DNA of 64,000 nt, taken from the NCBI RefSeq assembly GCF_964194025.1, contig NC_134481.1:7688001-7752000 (forward strand), given 5' to 3'. The translations under genes and the position numbers were made by a program. Shown piece by piece: positions 25,213 to 37,300 of this stretch. The stretch comes from Convolutriloba macropyga. Lineage: Eukaryota. The notes under the pieces were generated by a model. The model searched no databases. It worked only from the letters and a program-made list of their open reading frames with translations, and had not been told where the DNA came from. Each line of letters begins with the position of its first letter. Positions within the stretch are counted from its first letter, which is position 1.

Positions 25213-25545
25213 TGTCTAGTTGCAGTTAGATTAGATGGTTCTACTACCTTCTAAGTTACCTTCTAAATTTAGGGCTATTGAGCTTAATGCTAATATCAAA
25301 CAAAATCAGAGAACATCGGGAGAATTGCTCTCAAATGTCTGGCTTGGGGTTGTCTTTGGTATTAAGTATTTAACTATCTAATCTAACTGTCTAGTTGCAG
25401 TTAGATTAGATGGTTCTACTACCTTCTAAGTTACCTTCTAAATTTAGGGCTATTGAGCTTAATGCTAATATCAAACAAAATCAGAGAACATCGGGAGAAT
25501 TGCTCTCAAATGCCTGGCTTGGGGTTGTCTTTGGTATTAAGTAGC
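25213..25545. repeat. Tandem duplication with 175-bp period
   Basis: tgtctagttgcagttagattagatgg...ggtattaagta repeated at 25213 and 25388. Confidence 0.9.
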
Positions 25546-25577
25546 TTAAACTTAAGCAAGCCAGGCTAGCGGGAGTG

Positions 25578-26357
25578 CCCGGGTCAACGATCATACAACT
25601 TTCTTTGATTTCGTACTAGGTCATATATGATTCTTAGCAATCATACTAGGTCATATATGATTTGTATGACTTCTTGGTAGTCATGCAAGGACCATACATG
25701 ATTTCTTAAAAATCATACGGGGATCATACAAAAAATTTCAAAGATTAAAAAGTGTATTATTTAGGTTTCTATTGAAGTTTAAAAAATTTCTTGGAAATCA
25801 TACAAGGTCATATACGACACATAGAACATTGACTGGTGCCACAAATTCTTGTATAATGAGGTCCGAGGACATTAATTTATTATATCGCATTTGCAATCCA
25901 CATTTGATTCCTTGTGTGTGCTAAAAGAATAACTTTGTGGTTTAAACATATTCAGAAAACGAATTTGAGATATGCAATTTTTTTAAATATTTTTTCATAA
26001 ATGTGCATTTATAAAAATAAACGGGCTTCAGAGTATGTCAAAAATGAGTATGTCAAATGTATTTGGACTTACTCTTTTATTGAGTGCCCAACTCTGCAAA
26101 CGATATTGTACGTTAGGGTCTTGTGGCGGATCATAATGTGATTCCGGGGTATCATATAGGTGATGCCCTACCGAATAAAAACAGAAAACATAAATGGTAA
26201 AACATTTTCGAAAAATAGATGTATGATTCCTGGTAATCATACAAAGATCATATATGATTTCTTTGGTTTCATACAAGGATCATACTAAGAAATCAAGCAT
26301 GGACAGTATGAAATCATATATGATCCTTGTATGAAATGAAAGAAACTTCAACCCGGG
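25578..26357. mobile_element. MITE with CCCGGGT termini and (a/g)tcata-type subterminal repeats (CMC/EnSpm-like)
   Basis: cccgggtcaa... / ...ttcaacccggg, inverted subterminal blocks (actttctttgatttcgtac vs gtatgaaatgaaagaaac), candidate 2-bp TSD TG/TG. Confidence 0.7.
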
Positions 26358-29300
26358 TGGGTATGGAAGCCGAGGTCAAAACTTATCTCCAAATATTAAA
26401 ATTGTACAACAGCTTATCATTTCTGCAGTTTTGGTGAAAAGCAACTAGACTAGTAAAGCGCTGAGAGCACTGAACACGGACTTAATGCACTCTGGCTCTA
26501 TCAGTTTACAAGGACAAAAGTCAAATGGTCAGATCAAAAAACAATGAAGCATGAACAGAAAAAGACGAATATGATACAAATAATTAGTACAAACTACGTG
26601 CAATTATCATTTGTCCTTTAAAAAATTGTTTTTCCTGTTTTTTATACTGCTCTTGGTTGAAGCAGAGAAGGGAATATGTCTTAAGTCAGGTGAAATGTTA
26701 AACTTGACCAAAACGACAAACAGATAGCTCAAGGACTGCCAGAAAATAGCTACGATATCTACAACTTTCTTTTTTAATTGCAGAAATGCTATATTCTGAT
26801 TAAGAATCTGTATTACTTATTGATGCTTCTGTTATACGCTCTCAAACAACTTTCACTTAGAATGACGTACACTCCGTTCATCTTATCTCCTTCAATCACA
26901 GTAGGCAAACGTCTCTTTGAGAATGAGGAAGTCACTTTTCAGTGTGAGATAAGTCACGTGCGACCAAATAATTAATCCCCTGATGAAAAACTCGCTTCAC
27001 TAAAGGTGGAAAAGGACGTCTCTGACTGTGACATTATATGGTCGCACAAAAATAGATGAAGTAAAAACAACATTACAAGTCCTGAATTACAATTTAAAGA
27101 ATTCAACGAAATTTGACGACACTATCGGCCTCCTTAGAAGAACATTTTATAGTTTACATCTAAAAAACACAACATATAAAAAAGCTCTACGAAAAAAACG
27201 AGCCCAATAAAAATCTTTAAAACAGCCGGAAGATTGTCGGAAAAAAGCAGCCGGTTACCCCATTGACCGAAGAGATTGAAACAGTTAGAGGAAAAAAGAC
27301 AAAAAACGATATCCGTCTACTTTTTGTTCTAGGTGTCAAACAGTGTGGTCCACAGTTTCATTAGATTCGCTAAACATGATGAGTGCAGCCTCTAAATTAG
27401 AAGACTAAGCTTAATACTGACACCAGTTAGCAGTATGCTCTAAGAACTCTTTTAAGTTAATGCACTATCTTTACATGAAGTCTTATTGCCTGGGCTCTAT
27501 ATCTATAGGCTTATCCGCTTTCATCCAATTTCATCTTCTGACCATAAACGTATTCGAGTAAATTGGTTAAATGAAATCTAATTTCAGTAAAAAAAACAAT
27601 GACTGAGTTAAGTCCTAGTCAAGCTTCATAATTATGAAAAACAAAAACATTAAAAACAAAATCCAACAGCACAAAGGAGAGCCTAAATAGTACCCTTTGA
27701 GAGGCTGACAGCTGCTATAAAAAAACTCATTTCATTTCTTTCAGAAAAACAGGGTTACAAAACTTACAGATCAACAACTTCAAAAATTAAATCCGCTTTA
27801 CACAATGGGGATTCAGACAGTAAATGCTATCTTTACAGTAAACCTACAGAGCCAAAGTAAAAAGACGGCAAACATATTTTTTCAACAATAGATTTCTATT
27901 AATCAACAAGTGACATTGAAACTTGCTGCTGAACGCTGAATTCCTCAAAATTTATCGCAGCAGCCATCAGTAGAAAACGCACACAAATTTAAAAGAATTA
28001 GCAAATCTGCAACCCTCAACTCAATTCAATTATTCGTCATAAACCAAAAAGACAGCCATTAGTGTCTACGTGACAGAAAACTTTTTGAAAACAAGATAAG
28101 TCCAAGTAGTCGAAATCTTCAAATTGTATTTACAAGCATTAGAAAAACTCAAATCTGTCTAATTAGAGCCATTGTGACCTATCAATGATAAGATTGAAAC
28201 ACAGAACAACAAAACAAAAAGGGTGTGAAAACCATTCACTGTTTTTTAAACAAGTCGTGTCAAAACCGCTACAACAATTATATCGCACTTCCATGCCCCC
28301 CAAGTGCTATCTAACGGTGGTAGCGACCCTGACGAGCCCCTAGGTAAATACTACCAGATTAGTTCGCAGTAGTTAGCGAAGCAGATAGTCAGAGGAGTGT
28401 ACCCTGAACAAGCAACCTTGGACTCAAAACAAATTCTATTTTGAACTCCTTGCCAGTCTAGTACTTATCAGCGCAGGCAGGAGCTTGAGATGAAGTCGAC
28501 GCAGAGCATTGAATAGCGCCCTTGAAAACAGGGAGCAAAATTGGTTGTTAACAAATGGCTCTTGCACTCATTCCTCACCGATTTCTGTTGGAAATGTCTC
28601 CAATGAGCAAGAAATGGTCTTACTGACTCAAAAGTGAACAAAGTAAAGAAAGTCAAGTCGAGATTGGCAGATGAAATTTTACTTTTCAGTAAGGACTTCG
28701 AAAGATTACAATTGAAGTCTCTTGTGAACTCTTATCAACATGAGCCTCCTTGTGTAGGCATTAAATGCAGGGTTAGTATGGCTGAGATGTGAGGGAGCGT
28801 GGGATGAGTACTACATTGTATTCTCCGAAAGTCGATGAGTAGTGTAAGAGAAAACTGTGTCCCCTGCGCAAAATTACAATCTGGAATAAAATCGTCTTGT
28901 AGAAAATACTGTGTCAAGGTGCAGACAAAATAGAAGTGAAAGTCACAGAAAAAATAGTGCAGACAAAATATTGATAGTCACAGAAGTGTTGCAACTGTGA
29001 TTGCAGAGCTAAAATGCTAAAGAGTAGCTACATGTTCCAGACAATACATGGTCCAGACAACAAATGCTCTACTAGATCTCGAAAGATATTTTAAGGAGAC
29101 CTGAGGATCACGAAACTCAACTCCACAAAGAGCTGGACCTCAAATGGTCTTCGCAACAATGCTCTGGTCTTCATGGCTCCGAATTCATTTCTGAAAGGTC
29201 TGATGACTAAAAATCTAAGGCTCTGCCAAAGGAGAGGTGCACAACCATTAAGAACATTTAAACAGATCCAAAAATAAGATCCAATGAGAGCTGTGATACT

Positions 29301-31519
29301 CCGTGACAGAACGAAATAACTAAAAAGGACAAAAACAAGTTTATTAGGAAACAATTTATGGCAAAGTACTTAAAATCTTAAGATTTTAAAATCAAACCAC
29401 TAATCTATTTTAACTATACCCAATTGAGACCTGTCATTAATGAGACTAAATAACAGAACAAAAAACCGTTCGCACAATTTTTGGGTCTTAAACTACTCGC
29501 TTCTCGCTCCTTTTACCACTCCGGCGTGGTTAGAATCACTTCTCCAAGTTGACTTTCTATTGACAAAAAATGTTTCCGAAATAATAGCAATTTGAGTGAC
29601 TGACGTGGCTATGAATCAGCATCACAAAGACCAAACCGCTCCATATAAAAACTTGTTCTTACGAACTTCATTTGAGAGCACCAAAATTATCTTCAAAATT
29701 GTCACTCATCCCCTCTATAAGGAAATATGACAAATACACGCATCCGACAAACAGCTCAAATGATCTGCAAGATAACATCTCTATATTTAAAAAAAAACTG
29801 AATGCTTCAACAATCCGGGCTAGAAAAGGAAGTGAACACTGAACCGACACAGTTAGTGAGAAACTGACCTTACCTAAACTTTCTATGACAATATTAATCA
29901 CAGTGAGATATTCAATCAAGCGTCAATGTTTCATGAAGTCAAAAACTGCCGTAGGGTAGTATAAGACGTTTTTAAGACGTTTTTATTCCTACTCTCATCT
30001 TCTATTTGTGGCAATATGAAGATCCATTATATAGGTAAAGTAGTCCGAATAAAAGGTATAGTAAAATAAAACAGACAAAAAGCGAGCCGAATGTTATTTA
30101 ATTTTTCAGAAATAATACATTAAATGTTACAATAAGACAAACTCGTAGTATTTTGAACTGTAAGGTTTTTCTAGTGCACCAGAGAAACAAAATACGTCAT
30201 TTTTAAGAAATCCACTGGTTGCTAGCCCTAGCGAAGCGCATTCCATGGCCAGGTTCCTCGTCAACTCCGGGATGCAATTCGCAAGCCGCGGGCCGGTTAT
30301 CGTCGCGCTGCAGCAAGACGAGCCCATCGGTGAGAATTCATAACACCAAATTCTCTACAATTTTTTTGGCTAACTTGACCTCTTTCCCAAAACATGGCTT
30401 GCTTGCCTACCAGCTGGCGTGACCGCCACCTATTATATCACGCACACTCAGCTATTAACAACAGGAGTCCCACTGTACCCATTAATATTCGGTTAAATAC
30501 AAAGAATAAGCGCTAAATCTATATCAAAAGGTAAACAAACTCCTATCGACGTCCACAGAGCTCAAAATAATGGGCTCAAAAAGCATCTAGTCTAGCGTGA
30601 AAAAAACAGAACGGAAAAATTCCGAAGAATGATATAATGGAAACAAAAATTGAAGAAAAACAGAACAACATTCCAAAATTAATCTCTAGAAAGACTACAA
30701 ACAACTTATACGCGATGGTCTCTACGAAATATATAACCACAATACCAATTTTCAAGTCTTACTAGATTGATCTTTAAACGCCTGTCAATCCATCTTGTTC
30801 AATAAAAATAAATTCAGTCGAAACACAGTTTGATATAGCAAAAAATGGAAAATCCGTCTAGCTCTAACAAACAGCCGGCAGATTGCCGGAAAATAGCCGC
30901 GATAGACGCTCGTTGCCTTCCATGAATTGAAACATCTAAAGAAATCAGATAGACAAATTGACCACCAGTCCTTTAATAGAACACTAGTCTTTTTGGGTTA
31001 GATTCTGTCAATTTTTTGACACATACGTTTTATAAGGAAAAAGCCCTTAAAGAGCTATTTCAAAACTGATATTCGAAATCAAAAACTCAAGACCAGTAAT
31101 CACGAAATAGGGCATATAAGTTTGGCACTACTTAGATGCACACCATTAACTAGTAAATCTTCATAAAAAATTAAAGTTCCGTAAGTGAGTTCAGAAGTCA
31201 TTTTTCTGAGTGAGGTAAGTCACGCAATTGACCTAAAAGCAGAAATGACGTCACGTACACAAATTTTAACTGCAAAGCAATAGAAGTTACTGAAGTCAAT
31301 TCCAAAAAGTCAATTCCAAGAAGTCAGGTCGTAAGAATCATCGATGGAGACGACGAATTAAAAAACATAGCCGGTAGAATAACGGAAACGACTCGAATCG
31401 TCGTGCAAAATAATCTCTACCATAAATTGGACAAAATCAGAATATCGAAAAAAACACTAGAAAAAACAAAAATAACAGACCAATATAACATAAAAATCGT
31501 TAAAATTTTTTCAGTTCAG

Positions 31520-31640
31520 GGGTGTGGGTAGGTGCTGGTGGGGGGGGGGGGGGAAGTTGGTAGGTGGGGGCAGGTAGGTGGTGGTGAAGGGTGTAGGTAG
31601 GTGGAATGGGTGTAGGTACGTTGCGGGGGGGGGGTAGGTA
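31520..31640 (+). repeat. G-rich low-complexity tract (ggtaggtg-like units and G-runs)
   Basis: Repeated gtaggt motifs separated by runs of 4-14 G. Confidence 0.8.
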
Positions 31641-31925
31641 GTTAATTGGGATCAAATTTTCTCAAATTGACCTCTTCACCTTGAATTACAGACTTTTACC
31701 AATTGCTATACTTTACAAACTAAGCTATTGTTAAAATCCAATGTTCGAAAACAGAAGTCAACAATCAAAAACGGAGGTATATGCTCGAACAGAAAAGTCA
31801 AAATTCAAGTCATGAACAAACTTGCTTTCTGCTAAAAAAAACATAACCGGTAGAATACCGGAAACGACTCGAATCATCGTGCATCATAATCTCTAACCTA
31901 ACCTTACCAAAATCAGACAAATGAA

Positions 31926-32125
31926 NNNNNNNNNNNNNNNNNNNNNNNNNNNNNNNNNNNNNNNNNNNNNNNNNNNNNNNNNNNNNNNNNNNNNNNNNNN
32001 NNNNNNNNNNNNNNNNNNNNNNNNNNNNNNNNNNNNNNNNNNNNNNNNNNNNNNNNNNNNNNNNNNNNNNNNNNNNNNNNNNNNNNNNNNNNNNNNNNNN
32101 NNNNNNNNNNNNNNNNNNNNNNNNN
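31926..32125. other. Assembly gap (200 N)
   Basis: Run of N; round length suggests a scaffolding gap of unknown true size. Confidence 0.99.
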
Positions 32126-35100
32126 GGTGAAAACGCTGAGAGCTGGGATGAGGTGTTCAGTTCTGATGACCATGATGGTGTACCGTGCGATACAGGAGCA
32201 TCACAGCTTCAGTGAAGGTGCGAAACAGGTTCAGAGTTGCCCGATTGTTGATGTGAATGTTCCAAATCAAGGTTTTGCTACCCTCAATATTTCTAGCGAT
32301 CAACCATCAGACACTGTGTACTGGAATTCCGGTACAGCAACCGGATTTCAACATCAGGCAATGCCTGACAATTTCACTCAAACTTTTGCAGACAATCACT
32401 ATCCGCGGGATCAATTGTGTGTCAATTGCTTGAAGAGACATGAGGGTGGATTTTGTAAATCAAAGATTCGATGTCTTGTAGACAGATGCAATGGGTTTCA
32501 TCATTCAACTCTCCATCGAGACGACTTCAGGACTTCGCAGAGAAGTGATTTCCCAGCAACGATTAAAGGGGGATTTCAATCCAGGAACAACCCGGTGCAG
32601 TCAAACTACGGTAGAAACTTCAACCATACAACGTCTCAGCTTTCGTCAACAACCAGTAACACGCCAAATACCAACAACAGAAGGGGATACAATCAAAACA
32701 GTTTCAACCCTCGTAATCCAAGCTATGGAAACAACAACTCGCATCAAACTGCCAATCGGCAGCACATCAATCCCCAGCAAACTAATGACAGAAGTAACAC
32801 TCACTTTCAATCAGTGACTAGCAACGAACTGAATGATGATCCATCAAAACTTCCACGGGTGCAAAACCACACTTGTAGCAGAAATCGGGAACCCACATGG
32901 GTCAGAGCTTTTATTCAACTACAGGCAATACCAGTCACGCTCTTCTACAAAGACTTCAACATAGAGACCTATGCACTTTTGGACAGTGGAAGTGATAATA
33001 CACAGATCACACAAAACATTGCTGATGCTCTTCGGATTAGAGTCCCCAAAGATATAGAACTTCCTCTAGCTTCGCTACATGGGGAGCACACGGTGACAAC
33101 AGCTGATGTCATGATTGGAATTGGTTCACTTCACAGCTCAAAACCGGTGACAAGTCTTCCTGTGTACGCAACCTCCATCGAGCAGTTCCAGATGCCAATT
33201 GTTCCCGCAGAAATGTTGAATAGACTTTGTAGAGACCATGATCATTTGGCAGAAATCAACTTCCCACAAATTCGTGACAACAAAATTGGAATACTCATAG
33301 GGGCAGATGCTTTTCTGGCTACTGTTCCAAGACAATTCACTACCGGCAAACCAGGAACACCCTACGGAGTCAACACACTGTTAGGATGGACTTTGACAGG
33401 CCCTGTGCCACAAGAGTACTTTCAACCAAACCATAAAGGAAGCAGCAACCACAACATCACTCTTTTCAACCATCTCAAGCGAGGTAGTGACGACCCGGAC
33501 GAAAATCTTCTACATCTTTTTTGGACCTTTGAAGGTGTCAACTTTAGTCAGGGTTCTACGAAGGGACACAATGAAGAAGACCAGAAGGCAATAAAGACTT
33601 TGGCAGAGACCACACATCACAATGGGGAAAGATATGAGATTGGACTCCCTTGGCGAGAAAACGTCACGCTACCCAACAACTATTTCATAGCAAGGGTTCA
33701 GTGGCACGCCCTGCAGAAGCGATTAGAGAGAGACAACCAACTGAAACAGAGATATATGACCACTATCGTTGATGATATGGATAAGGGATACATAGCAGCT
33801 GTTACGAACCAAGACGCAAAGAACATTTGGTACCTACCGCATCATCCCGTCATCAACAAGCAAAAACCAGACAAGATAAGACGAGTGACAAATGCAGCCT
33901 CAAAATACAAAGGGGTTTCTTTGAACGATGCACTGCTAACGGGACCGGACCTTTTGTGCAATCTACATGGACTTCTTCTACGGTTTCGTCAGTACAAGGT
34001 TGCAGTAACAGCAGACATAGAGGCTATGTTCATGCAAGTTGGAATCAGAGAAGAAGACCAAGATGCTCTCCGTTTTTTGTGGAGCGACAATGGTCAGGAG
34101 AGGACATCCAAATACCAACGACTCATTTTTGGAGCAACATGTTCTCCTGCCTGCGCAATTTTTGTTCTGCAAAAGTGCGCCAACGATAACAGACAAGAAC
34201 ACCCAAAAATCTTTGACTCAATCACAAAACAATTCTACATGGATGACTTCATTCAAACATTCTCAACAGAGGAAGAGGCAGCAAATACAGCGACTGAGCT
34301 GAAACATGTTCTCAAAACAGGGGGATTCAACCTCACCAAGTTTCTCAGCAATAACCCTGCTGTGCTGGAAAAGATTCCAGAGGAAGACAGAATTGGAGTT
34401 CTAAAGTTACAAAGGATACTTGCTCAAACATGGAACCCTGAATCCGATCAACTTCTTTTTGCGAAACCCAAACTGAGCTTTGAAAGAGAGAATATCACAC
34501 AGAGAAAGCTTCTTTCAATGGCTGCTTCTTTGTTTGATCCCATTGGAATAATCTCGCCTTTTGCAATTCGACTGAGATGCATCTTGCAAAAAGTCGTCAA
34601 ACAAGGACACAATTGGGACCAGCTACTATCAAAGGAACATTACGACGAAATTCAGCAATGGATGGAAGACTTCGAGAATATGCCTTCAATTCAAATCCCC
34701 AGATGATTAGTTCCCAACGTCGATGGAACTCACGAGTTGCACACCTTCACAGACGCTTCACTTTCAGCAGTATCAGCAGTAGTGTACCTGAGGACAATCT
34801 CCGCTGACGGCTCAATAGCTACCCACTACGTCATCAGCAAGTCCAAGGTGGCACCAATCAAACAGATGAGCATTCCCAAATTGGAGCTCGAAGCAGCTAC
34901 ACTGGGAGCAGAACTAGCAGGCTTCTGTGAGACCGAGATGACAATTGATGTGAAGAGCAAAAAATTTTGGACCGACACCACAGCAGTACTCAGCTGGATC
35001 AAATCAAAGTATCGACAGAAGATGTACATCGCAAATAGGCTCAACAAAATTGCTGAGAACTCAAACAAAGACGACTGGCGACACGTACCAGGAAAAATGA

Positions 35101-36090
35101 ACCCGGCTGATCATGGTACCAGAGGTCTAGCTCCATGCGATCTTCAAAAATTGTGGATAACAGCACCTTCTTTCTTGATCAAACCTGAGAGTGAGTGGAC
35201 ATTCTCCGGTGACAAAACAGCTCAAACATACGCCACTCAAGTTGATGTCAAGGACAGTGATAAACCGTTGGTAGATCCAAACAGATTTTCAAATTGGCCT
35301 AGACTCCTTGGCACACTTAGAACAGTGTTTCGAGCAGTGCGCGTACTGAAGAGGTTGATCAAACGCGACATACCTTGCGACTTGGACGACTTCGCGGCTG
35401 ACGAAAACAAGGCTCGGAGCTTTCTCTTGAGGATATCTCAGTCCACACACTTCAAGGACACACTTTCTCGACTTCAAAGTGGACTACCCCTAGACAAGAA
35501 GGACAAACTATTACCATATACACCCTTTGTGGATAGCGACGGACTACTCAGGGTTGAGGGACGAATTCAAAAATCTGGATTGCCTTTTCAGAGCAAACAT
35601 CCGGTGATACTCCACAGCAAGTGCAGAGTTGCCAAACTGCTTATTGAGAAAGCACATCACGACTGCGGGCACCATGGAATTGAACATGTTCGTGCACATA
35701 TCCAAGCAACGTTCATGATAGTTGGAATCCGCAGAGCTCTAAGAACTTTAGGAAAGTACTGCTTCATCTGCAGACGCTGGCGAGCAGACAATGTCAGACC
35801 GAAGATGGCTCCTCTACCAAAATTTCGCTTTCCGGAGCACTCCAAACTCTATCCATTTGTGAATACTGGAATGGACATGTTCGGTCCCTTTCACATTGAA
35901 AAATCCAGAACCCAGACAGAACTCAATTATGTCTGCATGTTTACATGCTTGGTCACACGAGCAGTACACTTGGAAGTTTGTGAGGACCTTTCTACTGACT
36001 GTCTACTAATGGCTATTCGACGTTTTGTATCCAGACGAGGATACCCTGATGCCATTGTTTCGGACAACGGGAAAAATTTTGTTGGAGCTC
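32126..36090 (+). mobile_element. BEL/Pao LTR retrotransposon internal region, truncated at both ends, no LTR visible
   Basis: Domain order gag Zn knuckle (CVNCLKRH..C..C..C..HH), protease (LLDSGS), RT (WYLPHHPV, ADIEAMF, FGATCSP, YMDD), RNase H (FTDAS, SKVAP, PKLEL), integrase (HHCC, GMDMFGP, RAVHLE, SDNGKNFVGA). Confidence 0.96.
32127..34706 (+). pseudogene. BEL/Pao polyprotein, gag C-terminus + protease + reverse transcriptase (ends in premature TGA)
   Basis: 859-aa ORF with LLDSGS and YMDD; in-frame TGA at 34704-34706. Confidence 0.9.
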
Positions 36091-36122
36091 AGACTAAAGA
36101 AAAGATAACAGAACTCTTGTGA
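34707..36122 (+). pseudogene. BEL/Pao polyprotein, RNase H + truncated integrase
   Basis: Same reading frame as the upstream ORF; homology stops after SDNGKNFVGA, so the third catalytic residue of DDE is lacking. Confidence 0.9.
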
Positions 36123-37300
36123 GGTTTTTTATTCCATGGAATTCAAGTAAGGTGGTAAGATGAAACAAATCATCTACTAATTGACTGTTCAATGTACCAT
36201 TAAGATCATTTGATATTTCTAAGCAAACATTATTGTGCGTAGCCGTCATCTAAAATTTTTTAGGCAATCAATATCTGACTCTTAGAAAAAAGTCTTTTAT
36301 TGTTAAAGTCAAAAATAGCAAAAAGTGAGAACAATTTTTATTCATTTTAATGTGAAAAACTATCAAGTAAGTAATCTTTAACTTTTATATTTTCTTAGGG
36401 ACGAGAGAAGGTTTTTCATTGTACAATACAGACTTTACGTCTCTTTTTTGCGCCCCACATTTTTGCGCATTTTGCGCAAAACACCATTTTTTCACTCTTT
36501 ACCATTTGAAATAGCGTGCAATTTGTTAAATAAAGTTCCTTTAAGAAATAATGAATGGGATATACAAGATTTGGGAAGAGAGTTAAGGTAATAATAAAAA
36601 TTATTGCTCATTCTAATAGTTTTGAGAAAAGTTCTGGGGTGAAAACGACACAGGATGAAACGGCAAATGAGTTAACAGATTCGAGGTTAGAATATTTGGG
36701 CTGGTAACTGAATCGGTGTAAGATAATAGAACCAAAAACTCAAGCTGTATCATAGACAGAAAATTTTTATGGTGGTTTTTTGCCTATTTTTCTGTTTATC
36801 TTATCATAAGTTGTGCGAACTGAAAACAAGTCAACAGAAGATCAATTCAATAGCCGAAAAATCACCTGCTGGCCCGATAATTGGTAACGCTCTTTTTTGA
36901 GTTACAAAAAATAAGTAACGGAAACAACTGATTATGGTTCCATTTTCTATTATGTTTAGTGTTTTGCAATTGAAATCGTTTTAAAGATAAACAAATCAAC
37001 TTATGAGCAGTATTTCAACAACTTTAAAAGCAGTATTTAAAAAAAAAGTATTTCGAAAACTCATAGTAGCAGAAATTTTGACTTTGCATAGAGCCTGAAA
37101 ATTATTAGGTTATGCATGCAGTTGAAAGATTTTTTTTTTGCGAATCAAGATGAAATCAAATCATCTATTGGGGCATTCTGAACGTACCACCCAAATAATC
37201 ATTTTTACTGCCGAAAATTATGTTGCAGAAAACTAGGGACAGCTATGTTGGAGATAGCCAAAGTAAGGAGAAAGATGTTGTCAGTAAACTCAAAGTGGAT

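Noticed and set aside
28460-29360. Possible decayed LINE 3' region on the minus strand
   Set aside because: Coding-like composition but no motif I could identify with confidence
31913-32173. ORFs spanning the N run
   Set aside because: Artefacts of translating the assembly gap
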